This document shows positions 45,204 through 58,015 of a stretch of DNA of 64,000 bases, piece by piece. The stretch's first letter is position 1; each line of letters opens with the position of its first letter. Position numbers and translations under genes: made by a program. This DNA comes from an uncultured Verrucomicrobiae bacterium (lineage in GTDB: Bacteria > Verrucomicrobiota > Verrucomicrobiia > Chthoniobacterales > UBA10450), in contig CAWDGJ010000003.1 in NCBI GenBank assembly GCA_963801815.1, forward strand, positions 832,001-896,000, read 5' to 3'. The notes beneath the pieces are model-generated. The model saw only the letters and a program-made list of their open reading frames with translations, had not been told where the DNA came from and did not search any database.

Positions 45204-45948
45204 TTATTCGGTTGACAACGAAACTTCGTCGGCGACGCGCTGCAAGCGGAGGGCGGTTTCTTTTGGCAATCCGTCGTAAAACCTGGAACCGGTTGCCGGG
45301 GTGTTGAAGACAGTGCGAAAAAGGACTGCAGCGGCAAGGTACGTTCCGGACGGCGACGGATGTTGCGTTCCATCAAGTAACTGAATGTCAGGGATAGCGC
45401 GATGTGCGTGCTGCCATGCTATGCCCACAGGGGCAAGTGTAGCGCCAACGTTTTTCGCGAGTGACGAATAGGCAGAATTCAATCGCCTTTGCATTTCAGC
45501 CGGCGTTCCGCCGGACGTTTGATCTTTATAGTACCGAATCCCCCGCGGGCCGCGCCCACGTCGAAAACAAGATCGTTTTCGCATGAACACGATCCGCTTC
45601 GGCCTTAAGACGCGCCGCGTAGTACGCGAAATTCTGAGGTGTGGACAATGGTTCCGTGCTCTGACCCTGGAGAATGAGGTAGTTCGGATGCTGCTCACGC
45701 AACAAGGCGATGGCCTCGCCGCGTTTCCAATGGTCGTAAAGCATCGCTCCGCCCGGCGTGATTGATTTCACATCGACCTCGGCATGCAGCATCGATTCGG
45801 CTGCGAATTTTTTGAAGACCTCGGGTAAATTGTTTACCTGAGTGAGACTGTTGCCGACGAACAAGACCGAAATGCTTGCTGCTACAGGGCTGCTTCTCGC
45901 AACAAAACTTAAGAAAAACAGAAGCAGCCCGAATCGGGATTTGTGCAC
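45204..45948 (-). CDS. SGNH/GDSL-like hydrolase (one frameshift near 45533)
   Basis: VLFVGNSLT (block I) and LILQGQS in one frame; APVGIAW and DGTQHPSPSGTYLAA in the next frame. Confidence 0.75.
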
Positions 45949-46088
45949 AGCTGAACTGTTGCAAGGCGCGTGCCGTTTTCTACTTCCCAATTTCTAAATC
46001 TTTTTGCGGACCTTTTCGTGTAAAGGAAGCTAGCATTAAGAACGTCGCGCGAGAGTTCATCATTCACTATAAAATTTGACCGCTGGGC

Positions 46089-46122
46089 GATTCAACGGTT
46101 CAACGATGTAACGATTTAACGA
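46089..46122. repeat. solo 8-mer tandem array (gatttaac-like) upstream of obgE
   Basis: gattcaacggttcaacgatgtaacgatttaacga. Confidence 0.7.
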
Positions 46123-46131
46123 AGCCAAGCC

Positions 46132-47202
46132 ATGTTTGTCGATCGAATCAAAGTTTTTGCGCAGGCGGGAAACGGCGGCCGCGGGTCGGTCAGTTTTCGG
46201 CGAGAGAAGTTTGTACCGAAAGGCGGACCGGATGGCGGCGACGGCGGCCGAGGCGGTGACGTGATCCTGCGCGCCGATCTCCACGTCGACAATCTTTCCA
46301 ATCTTTTCTACGAGCCGATCATCAAGGCCAAGAACGGCGCACACGGAATGGGGAAGAAGATGCACGGCCGCTCGGCCCCCAATAAAGTCGTGAGAGTGCC
46401 GGTTGGAACAATCGTATGGAAGGATGAAGGCGGAAGGATGAAGGATGAAAATGAGAAGACACCCATTGCAACAACTTCATCCCTCATCCCTCATCCTTCA
46501 TCCTTAACTGCCATTATCGATCTTACTCGCGACGGCCAAGAGTTTGTTCTCTGCGAAGGCGGCAAAGGCGGCAAGGGCAATGTGCATTTTAAGAGTTCGC
46601 GAAACCGTGCACCCCGCGAGTACACCGAAGGCGAAGAAGGCGAACAAGGCCATTTCCTTTTGGAGCTTCGTACGATCGCAGACGCAGGCTTGATCGGTTA
46701 TCCGAACGCCGGCAAATCGACGCTCCTTCGAAAAATCTCCGCGGCGCGGCCCAAGGTCGCGGCCTATCCGTTCACAACTTTGCACCCGATCATAGGCGTA
46801 GTTGAACTTTCCGAGTACCGCCGGATGACAATCGCCGACATTCCGGGATTGATCGAAGGCGCGCACAAAGGCGTTGGGCTCGGTCACGAATTTCTTCGCC
46901 ACGTGACCCGGTGCCGAATTTTTCTTTTCGTTGTCGACACGGCGGGCAGCGAAGGACGCAATCCCGTAGAAGACATTCAAAATCTCAGGCGCGAGCTCGA
47001 CCTCTACGATCCGCGATTGTCCGAAAGGTCATGGTCCATTGTCGCCAACAAGATGGATTTGCCGGTCGCGAACGAAAATCTGAACGCGCTGCGAAAAAAG
47101 TTTCCGAAGATCGACATCGTGCCAATTTCAGCGGCGAAAGGCGAGGGGATCGAGGAATTAAAGAAGAAGCTCCGGCAATGGCTCGAAGTGCCGCCGGACT
47201 AA
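46132..47202 (+). CDS. obgE: GTPase ObgE/CgtA
   Basis: FRREKFVPKGGPDGGDGGRGG, GYPNAGKST, YPFTT, DIPG and NKMD motifs. Confidence 0.97.
   Translation: MFVDRIKVFAQAGNGGRGSVSFRREKFVPKGGPDGGDGGRGGDVILRADLHVDNLSNLFYEPIIKAKNGAHGMGKKMHGRSAPNKVVRVPVGTIVWKDEGGRMKDENEKTPIATTSSLIPHPSSLTAIIDLTRDGQEFVLCEGGKGGKGNVHFKSSRNRAPREYTEGEEGEQGHFLLELRTIADAGLIGYPNAGKSTLLRKISAARPKVAAYPFTTLHPIIGVVELSEYRRMTIADIPGLIEGAHKGVGLGHEFLRHVTRCRIFLFVVDTAGSEGRNPVEDIQNLRRELDLYDPRLSERSWSIVANKMDLPVANENLNALRKKFPKIDIVPISAAKGEGIEELKKKLRQWLEVPPD
46419..46505. repeat. heptamer-arm inverted repeat inserted in frame inside obgE
   Basis: gaaggatgaaggcggaaggatgaaggatgaa (46419-46449) ... ttcatccctcatccctcatccttcatcctt (46476-46505). Confidence 0.8.
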
Positions 47203-47343
47203 GACCAAAGTCCAAGATTTTTCGCGCGGACAGCTTGTTATTCTCACAAAATAGGCTTTGGTATCCGCGTCAAGATTCGCGGCTCGATTTCCGAGCGCGG
47301 GAGATCACGGGGTGGATGCCTGTGACCTTGGCGATTAACCGAA

Positions 47344-48242
47344 ATGCGCAACCGTTATTTACCGATGTCGCTCCTGACGCTGGTCTTCAGCGCAGCCCTC
47401 GCGACTTCCGGGCTGGCGGCGGAGGCCGAACCGGCTGAGCACGGCGTTTCTCTGAAGCCGCAGATGCTGGTCGACTTCGGCAAAGGCTTCGGAATTACAA
47501 ACTCCATGCTCGTGACGTGGGTCGTAGCAGGCGCCATCATTGTCTTTGCGCAAATCGCCACCCGCAGAGTCCAAGCGATTCCGAGCGGCATCCAGAATTT
47601 CTGGGAATGGCTGGTCGAAGGTCTCCACAATTTCTTCGAAAGCATCATTGGTCGCGAGCTGGTAAATAAGAGGTTTTGGTTTTTCGCGACGATTTTCATT
47701 TTCATCCTGTTCGTGAACTGGTTCGGATTGATCCCGGGCATCGGCACCATCGGTTGGGGTCACTACGATCCGTCAGGAAACTTTCACGTCGATCGACCGC
47801 TGTTTCGTGGCGGTAACGCGGATTTGAACATGACCATCGCGATGTCCGCGATCTTCTTCGTCCTCTGGATTGTCTGGGCGATCCAGGCCAACGGCGTCGG
47901 TGGATTCCTGAAACACATCTTCGGGCCGAAAGGTGAGACTACCGGAATCATGAAGGTCCTCATGGTCGTGATCTTCTTCATGGTCGGCTGGCTCGAAGTG
48001 ATTTCGATACTGTTTCGACCGATCTCGCTCAGCTTTCGGTTGTTCGGAAATATTTACGCCGGCGAAAGCATTCTCGAAGCGATGTCCACCATGGTTCCGT
48101 CGCTGTCGCAATCCTGCCGATTCCGTTTTATTTTATGGAAGTGCTCGTCGGATTCGTGCAGGCGCTCGTTTTCATGCTGTTGACCGCGGTCTTCACGATG
48201 TTGATTGCAGAACACCAGGAGGGACCGGAACACGCACACTAA
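47344..48242 (+). CDS. atpB: F0F1 ATP synthase subunit a (frameshift near 48108)
   Basis: [17 protein letters not shown] motif; the C-terminus [21 protein letters not shown] is in a shifted frame. Confidence 0.92.
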
Positions 48243-48288
48243 TTTTCGGCGATCTCATGAAGAGATCGCCAAAACCAACCAAAAAAAT

Positions 48289-48501
48289 ATGATACTACCA
48301 ATACTGGCAGAAATGAGCGGAAGCATTCACGTCGGCCTCGCCGCGATGGGCGTCGGAATCGGAGTCGGTCTGACCGGCATGGGAATGACCACCGCGGTCG
48401 GTCGCAATCCGGGCGCGTCCACGCCGATTCTGGTGCAGGCGATTCTCGCGATCGCTTTCACGGAAGCGATCGTGTTCTACGCTCTGTTTCTCGTTCACTA
48501 A
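48289..48501 (+). CDS. atpE: F0F1 ATP synthase subunit c
   Basis: GxGxGxG TM1, GRNP loop, AFTEAI with the conserved Glu and no adjacent Ser/Thr (H+-type). Confidence 0.93.
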   Translation: MILPILAEMSGSIHVGLAAMGVGIGVGLTGMGMTTAVGRNPGASTPILVQAILAIAFTEAIVFYALFLVH

Positions 48502-48542
48502 TTAACCGAGGGGGCAATCGGTTTACGCCCGCGCTTTACATT

Positions 48543-49080
48543 ATGAATATGATAATTGCCGCCACCAGCGGAGGCGCCGCTGATATTTTGCGCGAAACAG
48601 CCGAGACGTTCGGCTGGAATTGGAAGTTGTTTCTCTCGCAGGTCATCAGCTTCTGCATCGTCGCGTTTCTTCTCCGGCGGTTCGCCTACAAACCGATCCT
48701 GGCCGTGCTGGAAGAGCGCCGCCGCAAGATCGCAGAAGGCCAGCTGAATGCGGAGAAGATCGAAAGAGCTCGCTGACGCGGAGCAGCGCTATCAGGAAAT
48801 TCTCGCAAAGGGCAACGCCGAAGCGCAGAAGATGATCGACGAAGCGCGCGCCAGCGCCGCCCATTGTCCGAGCGCAAACAGCAGGAAGCGATCGCGGCGG
48901 CGGAGCAAATCCTGGCCAAGGCGCGGGAGGCCGCGGCATCGAGCATGAGCGCACAATGAGGCCTTGAAGCGCGAACTCGGCCGGCTCGTTGTCGACACGA
49001 CGGCGAAAGTCACCGGCAAAGTGCTGACGCCGGACGATCAAAGGCGTTTGCAGGAAGAAGCGGCCCGCCAGGTCGCCTGA
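48543..49080 (+). CDS. atpF: F0F1 ATP synthase subunit b (about four frameshifts)
   Basis: FLSQVISFCIVAFLLRRFAYKPILAVLEERR, then coiled-coil pieces across frames ending LQEEAARQVA. Confidence 0.88.
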
Positions 49081-49473
49081 TGAAGAATCAGCAAGGAAAT
49101 CCGTCAGCTTTCGCGAGAAATGCTGCGCGCCAGTTTCACGGACGGCCGCCTCGATCGCGGAAAGATCGGCTCAATCGTGCAATCGCTGATCACCAAGAAG
49201 CCGCGCAATCTCATTCACGTCCTCGAAAATTACCAAGCGCCTGCTTCGTCTCGAGATCGAGAAGCGACACGCCACGATCGAGAGCGCGACGCAACTGACG
49301 CCGGAAACGGCGACCAAGATCGTCGACCGGCTCAAGCAAAAATACGGCGCGGACCTGACGACGGAATTCGTCGTCAATCCGATCCTTCTCGGCGGCGTGC
49401 GCGTCCGCGTCGGCAGCGACGTCTGGGACAGCAGTGTGCGCAATCGTCTGGAGCGCTTCAGCAACAACTTTAA
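49080..49473 (+). CDS. atpH: F0F1 ATP synthase subunit delta (about three frameshifts)
   Basis: Operon position; ATIESATQL and VNPILLGGVRVRVGSDVWDSSVRNRL recoverable across frames. Confidence 0.8.
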
Positions 49474-49485
49474 CCAACGAAAACC

Positions 49486-51018
<1,533 letters not shown>

Positions 51019-51029
51019 TTTAAACGAAA

Positions 51030-51905
51030 ATGGCAAACACGCAGGACATACGGCGCCGGATCAAATCGATCCGCAACACGGCCAGATCACGAAGGCGATG
51101 CAGATGGTCGCGGCTTCGAAGATGCGCAACGCGCAGCAGCACGCGCTCGCTGGCCGTCCTTATGCCGAGTTGATGAACCGGGTGCTCGTCTCGCTTCAGA
51201 AACGCACCGATCCGACGCTTCATCCGCTTCTTCAGGTCCGCGAGCTCAAGAAAGAACTCGTTTTCATCATTAGCACCGACAAGGGCCTTGCCGGCGCGTT
51301 AAACACAAACCTCTTTCGCGAGGCCGCGAACTTCGACCCGGCGAAGACCGCGTTCATCGTGACGGGCAAAAAGGCGCGGCAGTTTATCGCCCGAACAAAG
51401 CGCGAGTTGCTCGCTGATTTCGAATTAAAGGATGCGCCGAGCTTCGTCGAGACCAAGGCGATTTCGAAATTCTGCATCGAGAAATTTCTCACCCGCGAAG
51501 TCGACAAGGTCACCGTGCTCTACACCCATTTCATTAACACGATCAATCAGAAGCCGGTGGCCCAAACCTTGCTGCCGATCAGTAAATTTGATTTGCCGAA
51601 AGGCGAGTCCACTGAGTCCGGCGCGACCGATGTCGATCCGATGCTCGGTTACATTTTTGAGCCGAACGCACAGGAAGTGCTCGACTTCATGCTGCCGTAT
51701 TATCTTGCAGTATCAGGTTTACCAGATGATCCTCGATGCGCGTGCTTCCGAGCACAGCGCGCGAATGGTCGCGATGAAGAACGCGACCGACAACGCGAAC
51801 CAGTTCATCAAGGATCTGACCCTCGAATACAACAAGATGCGCCAGGCCAGCATCACGACCGAATTGCTCGAGATCTCGACCGCGCAGATGGCGCTCGGCG
51901 GTTAG
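51030..51905 (+). CDS. atpG: F0F1 ATP synthase subunit gamma (two frameshifts, ~51084 and ~51705)
   Basis: [49 protein letters not shown] and RQASITTEL segments. Confidence 0.92.
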
Positions 51906-53333
<1,428 letters not shown>

Positions 53334-53339
53334 ATAGAA

Positions 53340-53750
53340 ATGGCCGCGACGCTCAAACTTGAGATCGTTACACCTGAGGAGAAAATTTATTCCGAAGATG
53401 TGGAGATGGTCACGCTTCCCGGAGCGGAAGGCGAGCTCGGCGTTTACCCTAACCACGTTCCTGTCCTGACCACGTTGAAGCCGGGCGAGTTGCGTGTCCT
53501 GAAAGACGGACGAGCGACGGCGATGGCCGTTGGCGAAGGTTTTGTCGAGATCAAAGCGGACAGTATTTCGGTTTTAACCGACATGGCGCTCCAATCCGAG
53601 AAGATCGATCTCGCGGCCGCCGAAGCTGCGGTCGCTCGGGCGCAGGCGGCGATGAAGGAAGACACCTCGCCGGAGCAATTGGTGGCGATTCAGGCGTCGT
53701 TGTCAAAGGCGCTCGCGCAATTGCACGTCCGCCGCCGTCATCACTCGTAG
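53340..53750 (+). CDS. atpC: F0F1 ATP synthase subunit epsilon
   Basis: LEIVTPE and GELGVYPNHVP motifs. Confidence 0.95.
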   Translation: MAATLKLEIVTPEEKIYSEDVEMVTLPGAEGELGVYPNHVPVLTTLKPGELRVLKDGRATAMAVGEGFVEIKADSISVLTDMALQSEKIDLAAAEAAVARAQAAMKEDTSPEQLVAIQASLSKALAQLHVRRRHHS

Positions 53751-53759
53751 TCGGATACT

Positions 53760-54569
53760 TTGCAGACCCCGGAGATTCTCGGAATCATTGCGGGCAACGG
53801 CGTTTACCCGAAAGTTTTAACGTCCGCCGCTCGCAAAGGTGGTGTCAAAAAAATAATCGCCGCCGCGTTCACGGATGAAACAGATCCGTCGATCGACCAG
53901 CAGGCGGACGTCGTCGAATGGTTGCGAGTCGGTCAGTTAGGCCGGCTGCTAAAATTGTTTCGTGACCACAAAGTTCGCCAGGCGATCATGGCCGGGCAGA
54001 TCGCGCCGAAGAATCTCTTCGATTTGCGGCCGGACGTAAAAGCGCTTGTCGTTCTCGCGAAGTTGAAACGGCGTAACGCCGAATCCATTTTCACTGCGAT
54101 CGCCGACGAGTTGAAGAAGGTGGATGTCAATCTTCTGCCGGCGACGGCATTTCTGGATGACCAACTCGCCACCAAAGGTCTGATTGCCGGAGCCAAGTTA
54201 TCGCGCGCGGAAGAGAACGATGTCGATCTTGGTTGGAGTGTCGCCAAGGAAATTGCGCGGCTCGATATCGGCCAGACCATCATTGTAAAAAACGGAACTG
54301 TACTCGCGGTTGAAGCGTTTGAGGGAACAAATGACGCGATCCAGCGCGGCGGAGCGCTCGCGCGCGACGGCACGGTCATGATCAAGGTCGCAAAGCCGAA
54401 CCAGGACATGCGCTTCGACGTCCCGGTAATCGGCGTTGAAACAATCAAAATCGCCGCCGAGGCAAATCTTCGTGTGATCGCGGTTGAAGCAGGAAAAACC
54501 TTGCTGCTTGAGCGCGACAAAGTTGTCGATCTCGCGCGACGCTCCAAAATTTCGATCGTCGCAAGGTAA
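53760..54569 (+). CDS. lpxI: UDP-2,3-diacylglucosamine pyrophosphatase
   Basis: LGIIAGNG, DIGQT, AVEAFEGTND and QDMRFDVPVIG motifs. Confidence 0.9.
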   Translation: MQTPEILGIIAGNGVYPKVLTSAARKGGVKKIIAAAFTDETDPSIDQQADVVEWLRVGQLGRLLKLFRDHKVRQAIMAGQIAPKNLFDLRPDVKALVVLAKLKRRNAESIFTAIADELKKVDVNLLPATAFLDDQLATKGLIAGAKLSRAEENDVDLGWSVAKEIARLDIGQTIIVKNGTVLAVEAFEGTNDAIQRGGALARDGTVMIKVAKPNQDMRFDVPVIGVETIKIAAEANLRVIAVEAGKTLLLERDKVVDLARRSKISIVAR

Positions 54570-54707
54570 ATGGAGCCTAGGGGATTATCCAAAGCTGCGC
54601 TTTGGCTCCGGTCTAAGAGCTTCGCTTCTAACCCTGCGCTTCGCGCCCCGCCGGTCGAACAAGATTCTCATCCCCTGCAAGGTCATTTGATTTCGCTCTG
54701 CGAAATT
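54570..54707 (-). mobile_element. tRNA-linked palindromic element (rtT/tRIP-like) with a duplicated tRNA 3' end
   Basis: 17-bp direct repeat atggagcctaggggatt at 54570-54586 and 54708-54724; internal mini-hairpins. Confidence 0.65.
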
Positions 54708-54708
54708 A

Positions 54709-54781
54709 TGGAGCCTAGGGGATTCGAACCCCTGACCTCCTCAATGCCATTGAGGCGCTCTACCAACTGAGCTAAGACCCC
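54709..54781 (-). tRNA. tRNA-Ala (GGC)
   Basis: GGGGTCTTAGCTCAGTTGGTAGAGCGCCTCAATGGCATTGAGGAGGTCAGGGGTTCGAATCCCCTAGGCTCCA: cloverleaf, G3:U70 pair, CCA not encoded. Confidence 0.97.
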
Positions 54782-54790
54782 GCTTGAAGA

Positions 54791-54822
54791 ATTGTAGATT
54801 GTAGATTTTCGATTGTAGATTG
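54791..54822. repeat. solo heptamer array (gattgta)
   Basis: attgtagattgtagattttcgattgtagattg. Confidence 0.7.
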
Positions 54823-54838
54823 CAAACACGAGTCCACG

Positions 54839-55912
54839 ATGTCGTCAAAGGATACAAAATCTCGGGAACAGAGGATTGTGCGGAGTGAAGATCCGCTCAA
54901 TCTCGAGATGCCGTTCGAGCAACTCGATGGTTTCATCACGCCAACCAAATCATTTTACGTTCGGACACATTTTCCGATTCCGAAAATCAATAAGATCGAA
55001 TGGCGTCTGCGAATTGAAGGCGAAGTCGAGAAACCGCTCGAAATAGGGTTCAACGAGTTAGTGAAAATCGAGTCAAAGAAGATTCCAGCGACGCTTGAGT
55101 GCGCCGGAAACAATCGAAATTTCCTGGAGCCAAAAGTCAAAGGTGTGCAATGGGGACTCGGTGCGGTCGGTAACGCCGATTGGACTGGCGTTCCGCTTTC
55201 CATCGTGCTCGATCGCTCCGGTGTGAAATCAACCGCGCGCGAAATAATTCTGGAAGGCGCGGACTGCGGTCGACTGGAAGATCCGAAAAGCCCGCGCGGC
55301 GAAATCAATTTCGCCCGCAGCATTCCGTTGGAAAAAGCACGCGACGTTTTGCTCGCCTACAAAATGAATGGTGTCGATCTTCCGCCGGAGCACGGGTTTC
55401 CGGTGCGCGCGATCGTCCCCGGCTGGTACGCAGTCGCGTCGATCAAGTGGCTCCAGCGAATCATCGTCACTGACAAACCGTTCAACGGTTACTATCAAAC
55501 GCTCGATTACGCGTTTTGGTCGCGACGTGGTAACGACGCCCAATTGATGCCACTTTCGGAACTTCAGATTAAAGCCGAGATCGCCCGGCCGAAGCCTGCT
55601 GAAGTGGTTCAAGCAAATTCGCATTTTCGCGTTCACGGCGCGGCTTGGACCGGCCATGGTGAGATCACAAAGGTTGAGCTCAGCTTCGACAATGGAAAAA
55701 CCTGGAGCGACGCGAAGTTGCTCGGAGAATCGAAGCCAAACGCCTGGCGACTCTGGGAATTTGATTGGAAGACGCCGTCCCGCGCAGCGAAAGCAACGGT
55801 AATCGCGCGCGGAACTGATTCGACTGGTGAGACCCAGCCTTTGGAGCGCGATCCAGATCGCGGCACTTACATGATCAATCATTTGCTGCCAATTGAGGTG
55901 GACGTGAAGTGA
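54839..55912 (+). CDS. sulfite oxidase family molybdopterin enzyme
   Basis: FYVRTHF, LECAGNNR, EHGFPVRAIVPGWY and SIKWL motifs plus a dimerisation domain. Confidence 0.92.
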   Translation: MSSKDTKSREQRIVRSEDPLNLEMPFEQLDGFITPTKSFYVRTHFPIPKINKIEWRLRIEGEVEKPLEIGFNELVKIESKKIPATLECAGNNRNFLEPKVKGVQWGLGAVGNADWTGVPLSIVLDRSGVKSTAREIILEGADCGRLEDPKSPRGEINFARSIPLEKARDVLLAYKMNGVDLPPEHGFPVRAIVPGWYAVASIKWLQRIIVTDKPFNGYYQTLDYAFWSRRGNDAQLMPLSELQIKAEIARPKPAEVVQANSHFRVHGAAWTGHGEITKVELSFDNGKTWSDAKLLGESKPNAWRLWEFDWKTPSRAAKATVIARGTDSTGETQPLERDPDRGTYMINHLLPIEVDVK

Positions 55913-55919
55913 AATAATC

Positions 55920-55981
55920 TGTGGTGGCAGGCGTCTCGCCTGCGGGAAAAGAATTTGCAGCCGGGGACGGTTGCCGTCACA
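55920..55981. repeat. REP-like palindromic doublet (same family as the queG insert)
   Basis: tgtggtggcaggcgtctcgcctgc ... gcagccggggacggttgccgtcaca. Confidence 0.7.
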
Positions 55982-56027
55982 GCTCAAGTTAGTTGAACTT
56001 GGTTACACCTTCGGGTTAAGTCTTGGC

Positions 56028-57428
56028 GTGTCGCTCGTTTTTAAGACAGTTCAAACGCCGGGGATCGCCGAACTCTCATATCTTGTCGGTGATGATGACG
56101 AAGGTCTCGCCGCGGTGTTCGATCCGCGCCCAGACTGCGACATCTACATCAGCATGGCGCGCGAAGCAGGCGTGGCGATAACGCACATTTTTGAGACGCA
56201 CATCCACGCCGACCTAGTGAGCGGCTCGCGCGAGCTCTGCGCGCGGTTGGAGTCGGCGAAAATTTATGCGAGCCACGAAGGTGGCGCAAAATACGACTTC
56301 GCGGTCGAAACACTGAGAGACGGCGATCGTTTCGAATTCGGCGAAGTGCTGATTACGGCAAAACACACGCCGGGTCACACCCCGGAGCATATGTCGTATC
56401 TGCTGGCCGATGTCGAGCTTCCGGACGAGCCGTGGGGAATTCTCACCGGCGATTCGCTTTTCGTTTCGTCGGCGGGTCGTCCCGATTTGCTGGGCGAAAA
56501 ACACACAAAGCAGCTGGCGGAACAACAGTTTCATACGCTCCACGATTTTTATCTCAAAATGCCTGACCACGTGATGATTTATCCGAATCACGGCGCGGGC
56601 TCGCCTTGCGGTGCTGACATCGGGGCGCGTTTAACCAGCACGATCGGTTACGAACGGCGCCACAATAAGTTTCTCCAGTTCGATGATGTGCAAACGTTCA
56701 CCGACTACGCGTTGAAAACCGCGCCGCCGGTCCCGACCTACTATCCGCGGATGAAAAAAGTGAACGCGACAGGCCCGGAAGTGCTCGGCAGTTTACCGCG
56801 CGTTGCTGGGTTACCCCCGAAGCAATTCAAAGCGGCGATCGGAAAGAACGGCAATCAGCTCGTCGATGTACGAACGATGCTCGCATTTGGTGGCGGTCAC
56901 ATCGCCGGCGCATTGAATATTGGTGGCTCGCCGATTCTTTCGATTTGGGCCGGCTGGATGCTCGATCCCGGGAAGCCGATTCTGCTCGTTCTCGAAAATG
57001 ACGGCGATCTCGAAAACATTTTGCGTCTTTTTGTGCGCACGGGTTATACGAGCTTCGCCGGTTATCTGATCGACGGAATGAAGTCGTGGGACGCGGCCGG
57101 ATTTCCGATCGAGCGAATTCCGCAAATGAGCGTTCACGAGTTGAACGAACGACAATCGTCGTTGCAGATTGTGGATGTTCGCGGACCGGGTGAATGGAAA
57201 AAAGGTCACGTCCCTGGCGCGAGGCACATTTTTGTTCCCGAACTTCAAAAGCGAATGGGCGAATTGGATCGCAACCAACCGACGGTGGTTTATTGTGGAA
57301 GCGGTTATCGCTCGAGCATTGCCGCGAGCATTCTGAAACCGGCCGGATTCAAGGAACTTTGGAACGTCCCGGGCAGTTGGGAAGCATGGAAGAAGGCAAA
57401 ACTACCGATCGAAGACGGAGCGGGTTGA
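56028..57428 (+). CDS. MBL-fold persulfide dioxygenase-like protein fused to two rhodanese domains
   Basis: ETHIHAD, TPGHTPEH and TGDSLFV motifs; rhodanese motifs GHIAGA, GHVPGA and YCGSGYRS. Confidence 0.9.
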   Translation: MSLVFKTVQTPGIAELSYLVGDDDEGLAAVFDPRPDCDIYISMAREAGVAITHIFETHIHADLVSGSRELCARLESAKIYASHEGGAKYDFAVETLRDGDRFEFGEVLITAKHTPGHTPEHMSYLLADVELPDEPWGILTGDSLFVSSAGRPDLLGEKHTKQLAEQQFHTLHDFYLKMPDHVMIYPNHGAGSPCGADIGARLTSTIGYERRHNKFLQFDDVQTFTDYALKTAPPVPTYYPRMKKVNATGPEVLGSLPRVAGLPPKQFKAAIGKNGNQLVDVRTMLAFGGGHIAGALNIGGSPILSIWAGWMLDPGKPILLVLENDGDLENILRLFVRTGYTSFAGYLIDGMKSWDAAGFPIERIPQMSVHELNERQSSLQIVDVRGPGEWKKGHVPGARHIFVPELQKRMGELDRNQPTVVYCGSGYRSSIAASILKPAGFKELWNVPGSWEAWKKAKLPIEDGAG

Positions 57429-57432
57429 CGCG

Positions 57433-57873
57433 TTATGGATTTCTCCATCTGTGTCTGTGGCGCGGCGGCGGCGTAGCGCCGTCTCTGGCGTAGGGCGCCC
57501 AGAAATCGGTGTCGGCCACATCGGACAGGGAGTCCCACGTTGAGCTGGGCACAGTTGGCAACGTGTCCACGATCTGATCTCCGTAATAGTCTCCGAGAAC
57601 GTTCTGCCCCGTCTCATAAAGGCGACCGTCTTTTAGGTAATCGATCCAATCATCCACTTCGACCGCGTCCCCACTGTTGCGGTTGGTCTCGAGTGCGTAT
57701 TGAGCGAGCGCGTCGTCTATTAAACGTAGATCATTCTTTACCAAGCTAGCCTGTGAGCGTTTTCGAGCGCGCAGGAAGCCCGGCACGGCAATGGCAGCGA
57801 GCAAGGCAATGACCGCCGCGACGATCATTATTTCGACGAGCGTGAATCCAGCCCGGCGGATTGTGGTTTGCAC
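57433..57873 (-). CDS. prepilin-type N-terminal cleavage/methylation domain protein
   Basis: RRAGFTLVEIMIVAAVIALLAAIAVP N-terminus. Confidence 0.9.
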   Translation of the reverse strand: MQTTIRRAGFTLVEIMIVAAVIALLAAIAVPGFLRARKRSQASLVKNDLRLIDDALAQYALETNRNSGDAVEVDDWIDYLKDGRLYETGQNVLGDYYGDQIVDTLPTVPSSTWDSLSDVADTDFWAPYARDGATPPPRHRHRWRNP

Positions 57874-57910
57874 CGATATTAGGCGGTAGCGACGATTCCG
57901 CTACTTTTTT

Positions 57911-57926
57911 AGCAGATAAAGTGCCA
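57911..57926 (-). promoter_or_regulatory. putative sigma-54 promoter of the pilin-like gene
   Basis: Minus strand TGGCACtttatCTGCT (GG-N10-GC), ~40 nt upstream of the start. Confidence 0.6.
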
Positions 57927-58015
57927 GTTTGTGAGGCGCAACCCGGTTTTCGCCGGAATTTGTTGAAATGCGCCCGCCGTGTCAGTATGGAATGCCAGCC
58001 AGCGAAAAATAAGCG

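Noticed and set aside
45204..45990. Two separate ORFs (45204-45698 and 45526-45990)
   Set aside because: They are the two halves of one SGNH-like gene joined by a one-base frameshift.
54570..57900. Genomic island integrated at tRNA-Ala
   Set aside because: The duplicated 3' end is only 138 bp away, there is no integrase, and the accessory genes lie on the 5' side of the tRNA.
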